A stretch of DNA of 64,000 nt, taken from Leucoraja ocellata (taxonomy: Eukaryota). The stretch spans positions 15,686,001 to 15,750,000 of the forward strand of contig JAWMAR010000009.1 of the NCBI GenBank assembly GCA_036785375.1. Reading direction: 5' to 3'. The notes under the pieces are model-generated. The model saw only the letters and a program-made list of their open reading frames with translations. It was not told where the DNA came from and made no database searches. The translations under genes were made by a program, and so were the position numbers. Position 1 is the first letter of the stretch. Every line of letters begins with the position of its first letter. Shown here piece after piece: positions 63,588 to 64,000 of the stretch.

Positions 63588-64000
63588 GTAAGTACTGTAT
63601 TTTTGTTTCATATCATTTTTTTACCCCCAAATGTATTCTTCTTTTCCTCTGCCACGGATACTGCTACTGTCTAGACTTGGGCAGGGAGCCAGACGGACAA
63701 ATACCTCCTCCTCAACAATGCTTCTTTCTCTCAGGAGACAACATCTTTAGCAAGGAGAGAAGCCACGGAGTGCTGGAGCAGCTGAGCGGGTCTGGCAGCA
63801 ACTCTGGAGAACGTGGATGGGCGACGTTTCGTGTCGAGACCCTTCGTCAGTCCCGAAAATGTCCCCACTTAAAACGTTACCCATCCAGGTTCCTGACCCG
63901 CTGAGCTTCTCCAGTGCAGTGTCTTTTGTAAACCAGCATCCTTGGTTCTATCTTTAGGAAAGGAAGTGAGAATATTAGCATCAACATAACCGTCACTCCC

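Noticed and set aside
630-63945. CRISPR-like or prokaryotic repeat system
   Set aside because: The recurring palindromes are dispersed eukaryotic TE copies with no regular repeat-spacer array.

Overview
Vertebrate genomic DNA, probably a cartilaginous fish such as a skate (inferred from the repeat families, not proven). The window lies inside the retinoic acid receptor alpha gene (RARA, + strand). Three coding exons are present: 32801-32942, 54123-54283 and 63411-63587. They are separated by large, transposon-rich introns containing V-SINEs, CR1 and Rex1/Babar LINEs, Penelope-derived fold-backs, Harbinger and hAT MITEs, a Tc1 copy and two DIRS elements. The most unusual object is a DIRS1-type tyrosine-recombinase retroelement (2003-6716, - strand). 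Its termini and internal complementary region are perfect, but its gag/RT/YR coding is heavily eroded. It carries a tandem, Sm-site-less U2 snRNA 5' cassette between diverged direct repeats, downstream of a duplicated leader with 38/39-nt intron-like units. A second DIRS copy with much better preserved gag/RT shares its 3' terminus. Dozens of Penelope fold-backs carry a minimal hammerhead-ribozyme-like motif. Most ORFs in the supplied track are spurious or TE fragments. Repeat boundaries are read by eye and approximate unless stated.
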